Shown piece by piece: positions 11,209 to 22,651 of a stretch of DNA of 64,000 nt. Source of the DNA: Azolla caroliniana (lineage: Eukaryota; Plantae; Polypodiophyta); contig JBHGNT010000003.1 in assembly GCA_043228905.1 (NCBI GenBank), forward strand, positions 124,001-188,000, in the 5' to 3' direction. Positions within the stretch are counted from its first letter, which is position 1; each line of letters opens with the position of its first letter. The notes under the pieces were generated by a model. That model was given only the letters and a program-made list of their open reading frames with translations, was not told the DNA's origin and made no database searches. Both the position numbers and the translations under genes were made by a program.

Positions 11209-14200
11209 TGTTACCCATAAGAATATGTTGGGAGGCATAAGGGGTGGAACACGATAATGTGACTGATGTGTATGTGTAATGTGTATGAGTGTGTGAGGAT
11301 GAGTATGTGTATGAACACATGCACATTTGTGTGCATGTGTACAAAAGTGAGAGAGTGGCTCAGTAATGTAACTCCTTGCTTGTCTCATTCTTTTGTAACG
11401 GTTACCTCATGTACTATATAAACCCCTTATGGGCCATGTAATGAATATAGTTTTTTCCCCTCTCATATTAGTGTCATTCCTACACGCAACACGCAATCGC
11501 CCTTGGGAGGGGGGGGTTCAGCCCCCACCTATTAACACTTTTGGCATGCCTGAACGCTGAACGGCTGACCCTTCCTTGACAGGAAGTTTATCCCTCACTC
11601 TCGCTCTCCATCACTAATCTCTATCTATTCCTCTCTGCGTGAGCCAACCAGCCTGTGATGGACATCTCCACCCTACCCCCGAGAGGAAGTCTCTCTCTCT
11701 CTCTCTACGCTCTGTGTGTGTCTGTCTCTCTCCCCTCACACTCATCGTGTGATTTATATCTATGCAACGGAAACCCTAGACCCTCAAAGGTTTTGCTGAA
11801 GAAGAATGAAGAGCTTTTGCAGAGGTGATTGCCAAAGGAGAAGCTCAATGTATGGTGAGTAAAAACCTCTTGGTATTTTGGGCGGTCATTCTGGAACAAT
11901 GCTTGCATCCACCTTGTAGTCAGTGGTGCACATATTTTGCAATCTAAGATCATATCAAGCTTCAAGAATGATTGGGGATCACTATCCCTCTCGTCGCTTT
12001 CTGCATCTTAATCCTGTTCTCACATTCCGCAGACTTTTTCTCCGCTTCATCAGCTCTGTGTTGGAGGAGGACCTTCGTGGGAAGATTATCATCATCACAG
12101 GCGCCTTATCTAGCCTTGGGGAGGCATTAACCTATCTGTATGCCAAAAGGGGTGATAGTTACGCAGATGCAGATACAGACGCAGAGAAAAGTTGTTATTG
12201 CCCCCTCCCCACGCCTACATCCCTGTACCAGTAAAAATCACTATACCACCAGTCAGTCAGCCAGTCTGAGCCTGTATCTGTTTGTCTGTCTCACCCACTC
12301 AGTTAATCATGATCTTTGTTCAACCTTACCTTCTTCCTTCCCTGTCATGCACCATGACAGTGCTTCACGAGATCATCCCTTGATTCACCGTTTATTCAAC
12401 CACTCTTACACGGCCTCTGCTGCTTTGATTGTACTCTTCCCTCGTCGTTGCACGCATACCATCATGTGCCTTCTTTGGGCATACACCCAACCCTAATCTT
12501 TCTCTGGTCGACCTGATTTATCTTCCACGCTACAAGGTTTGCACCATAGCCTCTTCTTGATTAGTTCATTTCTCTGCCTATTTCAGAGCTTGGCACTACA
12601 ACTAGTAATGATGATGATGTGACAATCAAAGGATCAGAGTTTGGGGAGCTCAAAGAAGGGGATATCATATGGGGGGACATGGAATTAGACTCCTGCTGTG
12701 TAGAATAAGATCGACATGGACATCAGAAACATTGATGATGGTAACCATGGAGCAGTAGCAGCAAAGGCGAAGAGATCATCACTTCTCACCATGGAGATAA
12801 AAAGAACTTCTGCTGTTTCTACTTCTGGTAGTACTATACAATCATTGAGCATTAACAATGAGCGAGTAGGTCTGGCTTTGTTAGAGCCATCAGAGCATCA
12901 CGGCTATGGCGGAGGTAACTTCAAGATCAGTATCGGGAGCCTTACCAGCCATCTAAGTATGGTGAACCTTTGCAATATGAAGAAGATAATGGTGATGGAA
13001 GAAGATGAATTAGACGAAAGCAGTAGAGCTGGACAGTCCGTGTGGTAGCCGGTTTGAACTGGGCGATGGCCGAGAGATTGAGCCGGCCGAATGACAGCCC
13101 CGAACAGCAGCAGCCAGCCACCCGGCAAACGGTTCCGGCGACGAGGATGATCGCTGGACAGCGATGACGATGGCCGATAGACGGCCATCGAGCGTGGCTA
13201 ACGGACAACCGGACAAGCGACGGCCAGCAGACGGCAACAGACGAGTCCGACAGTGGCTGAATAGCCAAAGAGCGGCCAAAAGAGAGCCCGATAGTCGGCC
13301 GGTAGAGAGCGGTGACAGCCGGACAAGGGACAGCTGGCAAACTGCGACATGTGAGTTCGACAACCGGATAGAGGTCCGGTAACCGGCGGCCACCCAACGA
13401 TGCCAACCTGCCAACCTGCGAACAGAGACAGCTAGCATCCGGCAGCTGATGGATGGCGCCCCCACTGTCTGATAGCAACAGCCCACGAACAGGCATGGCC
13501 GGACAGACAGAAATGACCGGGATAAACTTAGACCAAGACAGAGCAGACAGAGAGCTCCACTGAGCTCTGCCATGTCTTCGACAGGATCATCCAAGCAAAC
13601 AAGGGAAAGAAGAATGAAGAAGAAATGAAAGAAGGGGAAGAAGATGATGACAACTACACAGAACAAGAGGAAGATAGAAGATGAATTGGAAAAAGAAGAA
13701 GCAAACCGAGAAGAAGAGAGAAGAGGAGAAATGATGGGAAGCACGTAGAAGAAGGAAGGAGAAACACAGAGCAGATTCGAAAAAGACAAAGAAGAAAGAA
13801 GATTCAAGAATCAGGAAGAAACAGAAATAGACATGACGAATTCAACTGCAGAGGAGGAATAAGAAAGAATTGAAAGAGTAAAAATTGAAGAAAAGCACGG
13901 AGGGGCTGGACACAAAATTTCGAAAATAGAGGGGCATAGTGAGAAATTTCAAAAAAATGGAGGGCAGAGAGGAGAATTTCGAAATGTCAAGGACAAATAA
14001 AAGAATTTCAAAAACCAGAGGGCAGAAGAAAAAAGTTTGAAAGCTCAAGGGGTATCCATTAAAATTTCAAAAATTTGAGGGTAAAAACAAACATTTCTAA
14101 AACCAAGGGGTACAAATCATGAAATTTCGAAAACACAACTCACATGATGAAAGAAAGATTACACAAATGCACAACACGATTTCATGACCCATGCCACAAT

Positions 14201-14792
14201 GCACTAGTCGATTGGTGTATGATCCAATCGCGACTCGTGTTAACCGAACGAGAATGTTCGAGTCAACTAAAGCTCCGATTGAAGTTATCGATCGTAGAGT
14301 AGTGATCCGGTCGAGGGATTTTCCGACCATTGAGACAACCGATGGAGTTCCGGTCGAAAAGAGTTGCCATGGCGAGTGGGTTCACCGTTCAATGCACTAT
14401 CCCACAGGTGTGCCATGTGTTACCCATAAGAATATACGGGGGAGACATAAGAGGTGGAACACGATAATGTGGTTGATGTGTATGTGCAATGTGTATGAGT
14501 GTGTGAGGATGAGTATGTGTATGAGCACATGCACATTTGTGTGCATGTGTACAAAAGTGAGAGAGTGACTTAGTAATGTAACTCCCTACTTGTCTCATTC
14601 TTTTGTAACGGTTACCTCATGTACTATATAAACCCCTTATGGGGCATATAATGAAGATAGCTTTTTCCCCTCCCATTTTTGTGTCATTCCTTATTTGTTT
14701 TTCACTCTTTCTCCTTCAGACATAATCTCCCTTGGGAAGGGGGGTGAAGCCATTCTAGGCTTCAGAATGGCTTCACCCCCCACCCTTTAACA
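11209..14792. mobile_element. Non-autonomous LTR element N2 (LTRs 11209-11537 and 14418-14792) carrying captured gene fragments
   Basis: TGTTA...TAACA direct repeats; degenerate TSD TCCGT/TCTGC; TGGCATGCCTG at 11542 and TCCCACAGGTGTGCCA at 14400-14415; same family as N1 in opposite orientation. Confidence 0.85.
12011..12153 (+). pseudogene. Captured N-terminal fragment of an SDR / 11-beta-hydroxysteroid dehydrogenase-like (steroleosin-type) gene
   Basis: EEDLRGKIIIITGALSSLGEALTYLYAKRG matches the degenerate TGASSGIGE..AY.YA.RG Rossmann start. Confidence 0.75.
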
Positions 14793-17035
14793 TCTGCCCC
14801 GGCCGATGTTTATTTCTAGGGGCCTCTGCGTGCACCCGATCATTCCAAAGGTACACCACGTTGCTCTTAAGTGCATCGGTGAAGTTGATGTAGTCTCTCC
14901 GCATGTGTCCGAGGTCGTCGCACCACATGCACCTGAGGTCATTCGGTGGGCACCGGTCACGCGACTGACCCCCGCCATCCCTTCGAGCCTACACAATCTC
15001 GAGATCACGCACCACCTTGGTCAGCTCCTCCAGAGTTGCGCTCCCGGATGGTCCAACGACCACGTTGGTCGGAGCCATGCCCGACTCAAGCCACCGTCTT
15101 GTCTCTTCCATTTGAGTCAGGATTGGTTCCTCTGACCTCCTCCCGGCAATAGGGGCGGTCGTCGACGCTCCCGCATTGTTCCATTCTCGTCATTTGTCGA
15201 AACAGCTGTAAACTCTCTTGACAAAGGCCCAGTCGATCGTGAATCCTTCGTCTGTCTCCAAGAGGAGACCTACCTTCTCCCGGTCAAGCTCGTCGACAGA
15301 CTTAATGAATAGTAGGTCCTTGCTCGTATCAAGCACGGTTCGGTCTAACACCGAGAGACAGCCGAATCCCTTTTCAAATTCTTAGAGGAGCACCGATGTA
15401 TTCCTTCCTTTTTCAGGGCTCTGAACCAACTCCATGGATTCCCGGTTCGACAATCAGAGTGAGTCGTCAAAACCATATCTTTCGAGGAGTTGACCCTCGA
15501 ATTCCGTCTAGACCCGGTAGTCGACCTAAACCTCCAGCACCCACGCATGGATGTTCAGTATCAGTGCTCATGGGAATACAGACAACCGCCTGTCCTCCGG
15601 GATGTCCCACATTATCATTTCGGCCCGAGAGGCCTCCAAGTAGCTTGTTGCGTCTTTTCCATTGATTCAATTGGCCTAACATCCCGACTATCGTTTCTAT
15701 GGCCCGGTCGAGGCCATCTACACTCCTATGTGGATTCACCAGACGGTCTATCGCTATCGCCATTGCCTCCACAAGCTCCCTCCCTCTCATCTTGAGCTCC
15801 TTTGCCACTCCCTTTCACGTCGGGTTCACTAAGATGTCGCGGAAATTCGTGCTTATGCGTTGAAACGAGGCACAACCATCGGGGTCTCGGACCAAGGAGC
15901 TGATGAGAGAAGATAGCGTGTCCGGATCGGCTTCCGGATAACCTTGCTGGATCGGTTTCTAGAAACATATCCAATCTGGATCAATCCCTGGATTCCGGAC
16001 GGTGAGCACATGGGCTTGAAGTTGTATGTTGTTCCGGCCGGTTGTCGGATAACAGTGATGAGCTCACGAGCCCACTCACTCGGATAGGCACACTCAAACA
16101 AGAATAAAGCAGAGATAAGAACATGGGGATGCCTAATCACACGAAGAGACTCAACAAAACTAATGAGTTACAAAGAAAATAGAAAGATTACCACCGGAGG
16201 CGGTTGGCAAAGGAGCTTCGAGCTCTACACACACGGACACAGACATAGAACAATGGGCCTCTAGTCGGGAGCTCACGACAGAGCTCGGGACTCAAACAGA
16301 CAACACTTCATTCTCCAATTCTCGGATAATCTCTCTCATTCTTCTCTCCCTCCTTTTATGGCTCAAGGAGAAAGAGAGACCGTTACATCAGGCTGTTAAG
16401 ACAACCACTTTTGTTTCTCGATTCTCTGGACACCAATTTTCTCCCATCAATTCCCTTTATTCCTTTCCATCCATGTGGACTTAAAGTACCTATCGAATCA
16501 CTTCTACCTAGTATTCCTCAACACTCAACTAGCACTACTTGATATTTACACGTTTCTACATAAAGACAATTTTCGTATGCATCCGTCCACACCCCTGTTC
16601 ACGCGCATCCGGCTTCGTTTTCTTCATATGGCTAGAATTCTTCACGACACCGGGTGTTAGGTTTGGGTTTGTCTTTGAGGAATCGCTTGTCGGCAGCAAA
16701 GGATTTTGAACCCTCACGCTCTGATACCATGTGAAAGTTAATGTGCGGAAGCGTAGACAAACTGACTCAACCGGATAGCAACAGAAAATAGACCTCGGGT
16801 TTAATAGAGAGCTTGAATTACACACACACAAAGTACGAGAGCCAGAGAGAGTAGAACAACATAAACTCAAATTACAAAATTTTCTTTGTACATACAATAT
16901 GCTCAGAGATCACTTTTATACATGTCCTTAAAAGGACTGACAGAAGTATTGATAAGTACTTCAATGCTCGTACTGAGCTACTGACATTAACTCCTAGGAT
17001 AACTACCTCGTAGTTTAGGTGTAGACCTCCAACGG

Positions 17036-17107
17036 TGTTACGGGCATGACCATAGCATAGTACGGTAAATTCTCACCACGGGATATTCTATGGTCATGCC
17101 CGTAACA
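17036..17107. mobile_element. 72-bp palindromic micro-element made of two chromovirus-W LTR left ends
   Basis: 20-bp perfect TIR TGTTACGGGCATGACCATAG; TSD AACGG at 17031-17035 and 17108-17112; absent at the paralogous site (~56993). Confidence 0.9.
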
Positions 17108-17512
17108 AACGGCCTACCGGTTCACACGTGGGTCCAGCTCTCCAATCTGGCCCTCCGATCTGGCACTCTTCTCCGGACACAAATCCGGCTCTAGCTTACT
17201 TAGTCGATCCGGATCAGGTTGAGCTTGTCCGCTCAACAACAACCGAATAATGTGTATGAGTTGGTGAAGCAATTCATGGAGTAGAAGATTTCTTCCACGT
17301 CAAAGGTGCAACATTAGCCACAAGTGCGACGAACTCTTCTAACCAGGGATTTTTTATGCTTATGGTGGGACATCTTGGAGCATTGAAGATCGAAGTGTGT
17401 GGAGCATCAGGAGGCTATGCAAAATAACCACATATTCTACAAGGATCGGTTGATTCACTCATCTGTGACTCGTCAACCATTGAGGACACATTTTGGGCGA
17501 GGAGGATTGATA

Positions 17513-17999
17513 TGTCACGATACAGTGACATAAAATAGGATTGAACTTGCAACCTCACATCAACAATACGTCATGCTCAACCATCTTGATATGAGCATTG
17601 TATGAGATTTACTTTATCTACATATCATTGTATAAGATATACTTGATCTAGGTATACTCTCTAGACATCTAGAAAGTTCTGGAAAGTTCCAAAAGGTTCT
17701 AAACGGTTCCAGAATATTCTTCAAAATATTCTAAGGCATGTTCCTCAACTCACAGTATAAATACTTGTAACCTCCTTGGTCCCTTTCAAGGGATTCAACG
17801 CCATTCATTGACACATCAATCTAGTATTCTTGTTTCATTCCATCTTGTCTCTGTCTTTATCTTTGTCTTCATGCTCTCATGTCACTCACAACTTCTAAAG
17901 TTACTAACCTCGTGACTTCTAGCCCCAGGTCCGTAGCCCGTTGCTCGTAGCCCCATCATCTGTGCTCCGTCCCAGTCCGTGCTTGGTATGTCTGTGACA
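17513..17999 (+). mobile_element. Solo LTR, family X (Tcn1-like LTR architecture)
   Basis: TGTCAC...GTGACA termini, TSD TGATA/TGAAA, TATAAAT near 17756, HSE array. Confidence 0.8.
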
Positions 18000-20900
18000 T
18001 GAAAAAGCTCTTGGAGGAAGAAGAGCTTCGACATGCACAAGCTATTTTCCATTCTACTTCGCCTATTGTTCGACTAATTGAAATTCCAAAGCAAGATCCA
18101 ACTATTCAGACTATTTGTATTGAAGATGGTTGTCAAAGGACTAGCTAGAGTGATCCAACCATTCCCACAGATTATGATGTGATGGTAGAGGAGAAGAGAG
18201 GAAGAGTTGGATCATGAATGAGTTCTGAAGAGGGCTGATTTTCATTCTCCATCCGAAAAGCAAAATTTGGACATACAAATGGCTGAACCAAAACCTGTAC
18301 AGGCATCTAAGAAGTCATCTCCAACATTCCAGATGCGGGCTGAATTGGAACAAGAGGTAGATGCTTTCTCTTTCATTGAAAATTATGTTCTAAAATAACA
18401 TATCTCAATTCCATTAGGAGACTTGTTGACGGTCTCCGAAAAGGATGTAGAGGATGATTTATTGGAGCAGGTGCGAAGGAAGCAAATTCTGGTTGATACA
18501 ACAATGTTTGCAAAGGAGGGTGGATGAAAAGAAGGATCTACACAAGTGTTGAAGCATGAAGATAATATTCCGATGAACCACTTTACTCGGAATCACAAGG
18601 CTCAGGCAACTACAAAAACGAAACTACAACTTGGTGGTTTATCGGATGCAGTCATGGCTTTGATTGATGTTAAGTCGGAGATCAACCTCATGTCCTTGGA
18701 TGTTTAGAAGCAAGGAGGGTGGCGGATAACTTCTAATCATCATTGGAGGATTCAAGCAGCAACATAGTCATCAGAGGAGTTATCGGGAGCTTGCCCATAT
18801 GTGGAGGTATCAATTGGTGGTGTTACTGTGGTTCAACATTTCTTTATTCAGGATTCAGCCACATATCTAGTTATATTGGGTCAACCCTTCATGGTTGTTG
18901 TCTGCATGGAGACAAAGGTGTTGGATGATGGATAAGCCTATGTTAGGATCAAAGATATGGACAGTGGAAGGACAATATAGTTTTAGACAGTTTGACCTAA
19001 TCATGAACGAAATAATGATAGTTTACATGTATCCTATGATCAAGATTTTTAGATAGGACTATTGTAAAACAGCAATAGTCTAGGACAACAGAAGTCCCTG
19101 TATGAGAATAATTGTTTCGGCAATAATAAAGTTTATGTTTCTTATACCGGAGCAATCTCATTTTCTTCTGTTGATGATTTAAATCATAAAAGCTAGGGAA
19201 ATGTGGAAGACATTCAGGTGATGTTTTTTAAATATCGGATTCTAGAACCGAATGATCAGGTGTCAGGAGTTATGGAGGAATTATCCTTTGTGGATACCAT
19301 TGGGGAGCTGGAAAATTCTTTGTATTCAAATGAAGGTCAGTCATTTTTATTCCGGCCAATTCAGTGGATATGTATACTGAAATTGCAACATTCCGGAATC
19401 AAATGGATATGGTTGCTCGCATCCATACAAAATATAAGACATTGGATCGAAAAGTTTGACCTGTAGCGGAACCATTGCCAGCTGATAGCATAGATCAACT
19501 CAAAAGAGTGAAGCAAGAACCAATGTTATAGGATTTGAGGAAGATTGTTCTTTGCAAGGAAAGCTTTAGATAGGAGGGGGTGACTTCCTCAATCGAGCTG
19601 AAGAAACCCAATTTTGGAAGATGTTATCTCAACATGGTAAAGCCTTTGCTTTTTCACCTTCAGAGATAGGTTGTGTGGACCCACAATGTTACGGGCATGA
19701 CCATTTAATATCCCATGGTGAGAATTTACCGTAGTATTCTATACACGTGGATAAGTGTGAGGGTTAAACGAGAGTGTAAAGAAGGGGAGGATTACTTTTA
19801 ATCCTCGGGATTGAGACAACCCATTAGGTCAAGTGTGAACTTGCCTGGGGGCCTTGGGTATCGCTATAAATAAGAGGCCTCGCTACCCTCATTTGATCAT
19901 CTTTTTGACTACATCGAGACTCTGCTCTTGTGGTGGGTCAACTCTTGTATCGAGCGTGCCAGCACCAGGTACGACTCGACGCCACGACGGTGGTATGGGA
20001 CGCCGATCGAGGCTCGAGTCCGTCTCGATCCCTTCACTCGGGGGTGGTCGGGTGGATCGGCACCCTTCTTTCTCATTCTCCTTTCTATCTATCATTTGTT
20101 TATCCTTATCTTAAGCTTACTTTAGTACTTAGATCTCTAATATTTGGTATCAGATTTATGTACTAATGTTTCTTTGTTTTTCATTTGTGTTTTGATTGAT
20201 GCTGATCGATCGATGTGCGGTCGGCCTTGATCCAGACAACGATCAACAAAGAACTTCGGTAACTCTTTCCATAATTTTTTTTTCTATTCTCTCTTCTCCC
20301 ATCTAATCATGTGTTTAGTTTATATGTAATTTTTTTCATTAAGTCAATGATGTTGTAGTGGTCTTTAATTGATTATCTAAAACGTTTACATATGTGCACG
20401 AGGTCAATACCTCATTTGACATATTAATAATATGTGATGAGTGTCGTATGTGTATGAGGTTAATACCTCAATTACGTATTACGTTCACGAACATATGTTA
20501 TGTTTGCGTATGAGTTTAATACCTTGATTTGTTGTAAACGATATGTGGTTGGTCTCGTATGCGTAAGAGGTCAATACCTCAATTGCGTATTACGATGATC
20601 TCTTATTTGTGGATGTTTCGTGTGCATAAAGTTATATACCTCGATTACGTATCTCGATCACATCATTTGTGGCTATTTAATATAACGATATGTTAATATA
20701 AGCATATGTGGTCACGTATATACGTATTTGATCGTATATATGTGATAAGTAAACATATGTGTATATTCGTTATTACGTGATTATATCGAAAGTTGTCCTT
20801 GTCGGGAAAAGGATGTTGGTGGCCGTCCTCACATTTTTGTGAGAATGGCGTTGTCACCATCCCTTTTTCAACAATTTTTTATTGTTGACAACCCCGTTGA

Positions 20901-21789
20901 TGACCTCGATTTCGTTACGTAAAGAAACACCTATAGCCATAATGATGTTGAGTACGTAGGGCTTGACCCAGTTCAACTGAGGTCGCTCCAATGACGCGAC
21001 CATGAGCTCGTTCTTACAAGAGGCATTCGTAATGACGTGACCATGTGATGGGCCACGTGGGCCTACTACGAAACGAGGGCTCATTTGGCTTGACCATTAG
21101 GTTGCAATTTGGCCTATGCCATCGTAATTACGAGACTTGAGGTTAGGTAACGTACCAACATAATTTGGTAAATGAGGGCGAAATAAGGACCCTTGACATA
21201 TATGTTCTTTAAAAAAAAACATATATGATCAAATGCCTCGCATATCTCTTATATGCATCAAACATTAAGCATTTGAGAAGAGCAACCTACTTGGTTGGCT
21301 CAAGTGTTTAATGCATTTGTTCTCGAGGTCTCGAGTTCAAATATGACCAAGACCATACAAAATCGTTGATACATATGACTATAACACATGTTTAGACTTA
21401 AGGTCTAAGTGCACCTCGGGGTCCTCGTAATAGGACTTAAAGAGCCGAAACCACATATGTGGGCACCGAAACATAGTTTATTGTTAACATTTTTTTCGTG
21501 TATAAACTACTCATGACGCGAACATACATGGTTGAGCCTCGGGGAGCCGCCATAAAAAAATCGATATAGAGATCAGGGAAAGACATTAAATTGTCACCCC
21601 GATGGTTTTTTAAACACCTTTGTGTTACCATAGTAACCTGATCTTGAACCTCATCTCATACGTCTAGAGGGGTATTGACGTGAGATCCTGATATCGATTA
21701 ATGTTTGCCCATGATATGTTTACATCACGACATGATGTTATGACTATCTCTCTGACCTTATCCTATTTCTTTTCCAGAAATAATCTTTA

Positions 21790-22651
21790 ATGGCTCAAAT
21801 TAACGACCCGATGTCATCCGCTCAAGCGGAAGGAACTCAAGGGAATCCTCCTGGACAAATGTCCACTGAGATGTATTTGGCACAAATAACCCAATACCTT
21901 AGTTTCACTGCTCAACAGATGACCGAACTTCGGCAATCTCAGAGTGCTCTTGAGGCACGTGTCATTAGTCTACAACGTGAGACTAATAGACCTGATGAGC
22001 GACAAGGTGAACCATCATTTGTCGTTAAGCCATTTACGGGAGACAAAAAGGAAAGAACCGAAGAAGCAATCTGCACATGGCTGGGACGATGGGAGTCTCA
22101 TTTTGAGCTCTATCCGACGCCAGATAGTACGAAGATTGCATATGTCGGCCGAGAACTCGGGGGTAAGGCCGCCGCCTGGTGGCGTGGGCTCCGTACAACG
22201 GGGAAATTGCCCGATACCTGGACAGATTTTGTCACGGTTTTTAAGGGCCAATTTCTGCAACCTCCCTCTCGAACCGAGGCAGCACAAGCTTTAATGAACC
22301 TCTCTAGCAGGAAATTTTCCTCTCTAGAAGACTATGTTCACCATGCTAGAACCCAAATCCAAAAATCGGGTCTAGAAGGGGACAATTGGTTGATAGCTTG
22401 TTTTGTCAATGGCATCCCCAATTCGGACTATCACTGGATAGTGCACGATAAGGATCCAAAATCCTTCGAAGAGGCCGTTGAAATAGTTCTTCGCTATCAA
22501 CACACTTCGAAGAAGGACCACAACAAACCCAACGAAGCGCCCGGGACTAAGCAGTCGCAATTTGTTGGGAAACGCAAGACACCCAACGAATTCCTGGATC
22601 GCGATTGTAAGCGACAACATCCTTTTTGCGTATTTTACAAAAAGAAGGGTC
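21790..22651 (+). pseudogene. gag: W gag, split in its zinc knuckle by the Copia insertion (continues at 28025 as GHTKDQC)
   Basis: ORF 21790-22659 with LGGKAAAWW and WTDFVTVFKGQF; CVFYKKKG|HTKDQC across the insertion. Confidence 0.85.

Larger units (their letters stand above)
4744..17330 (-). mobile_element. Degenerate Ty3/gypsy element H (5' LTR remnant from 16730, PBS-Met, gag, protease), interrupted by C0, N2 and a micro-element; right boundary approximate
   Basis: Reverse complement of TGGTATCAGAGC at 16718-16729; gag knuckle RCMWCDDLGHMRRD near 14885-14935; protease HWARATT...ALIDHGLEINLMS at 5049-5243. Confidence 0.7.

Noticed and set aside
13010-13807. 265-aa ORF as a membrane protein gene
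   Set aside because: Low-complexity translation of a purine-rich tract inside N2; no recognisable domain
1-14792. Large inverted repeat (1-760 vs 13840-14650) as TIRs of a giant DNA transposon
   Set aside because: Each arm belongs to a separate element with its own direct LTR pair; they are two oppositely oriented family members
16372-16390. GAGACCGTTACA motif shared with the N1 LTR (~106-117)
   Set aside because: Only ~12 bp with no extended homology or TSD
20390-20665. CRISPR-like repeat-spacer appearance
   Set aside because: Eukaryotic retroelement leader, degenerate repeats, related spacers and no cas genes
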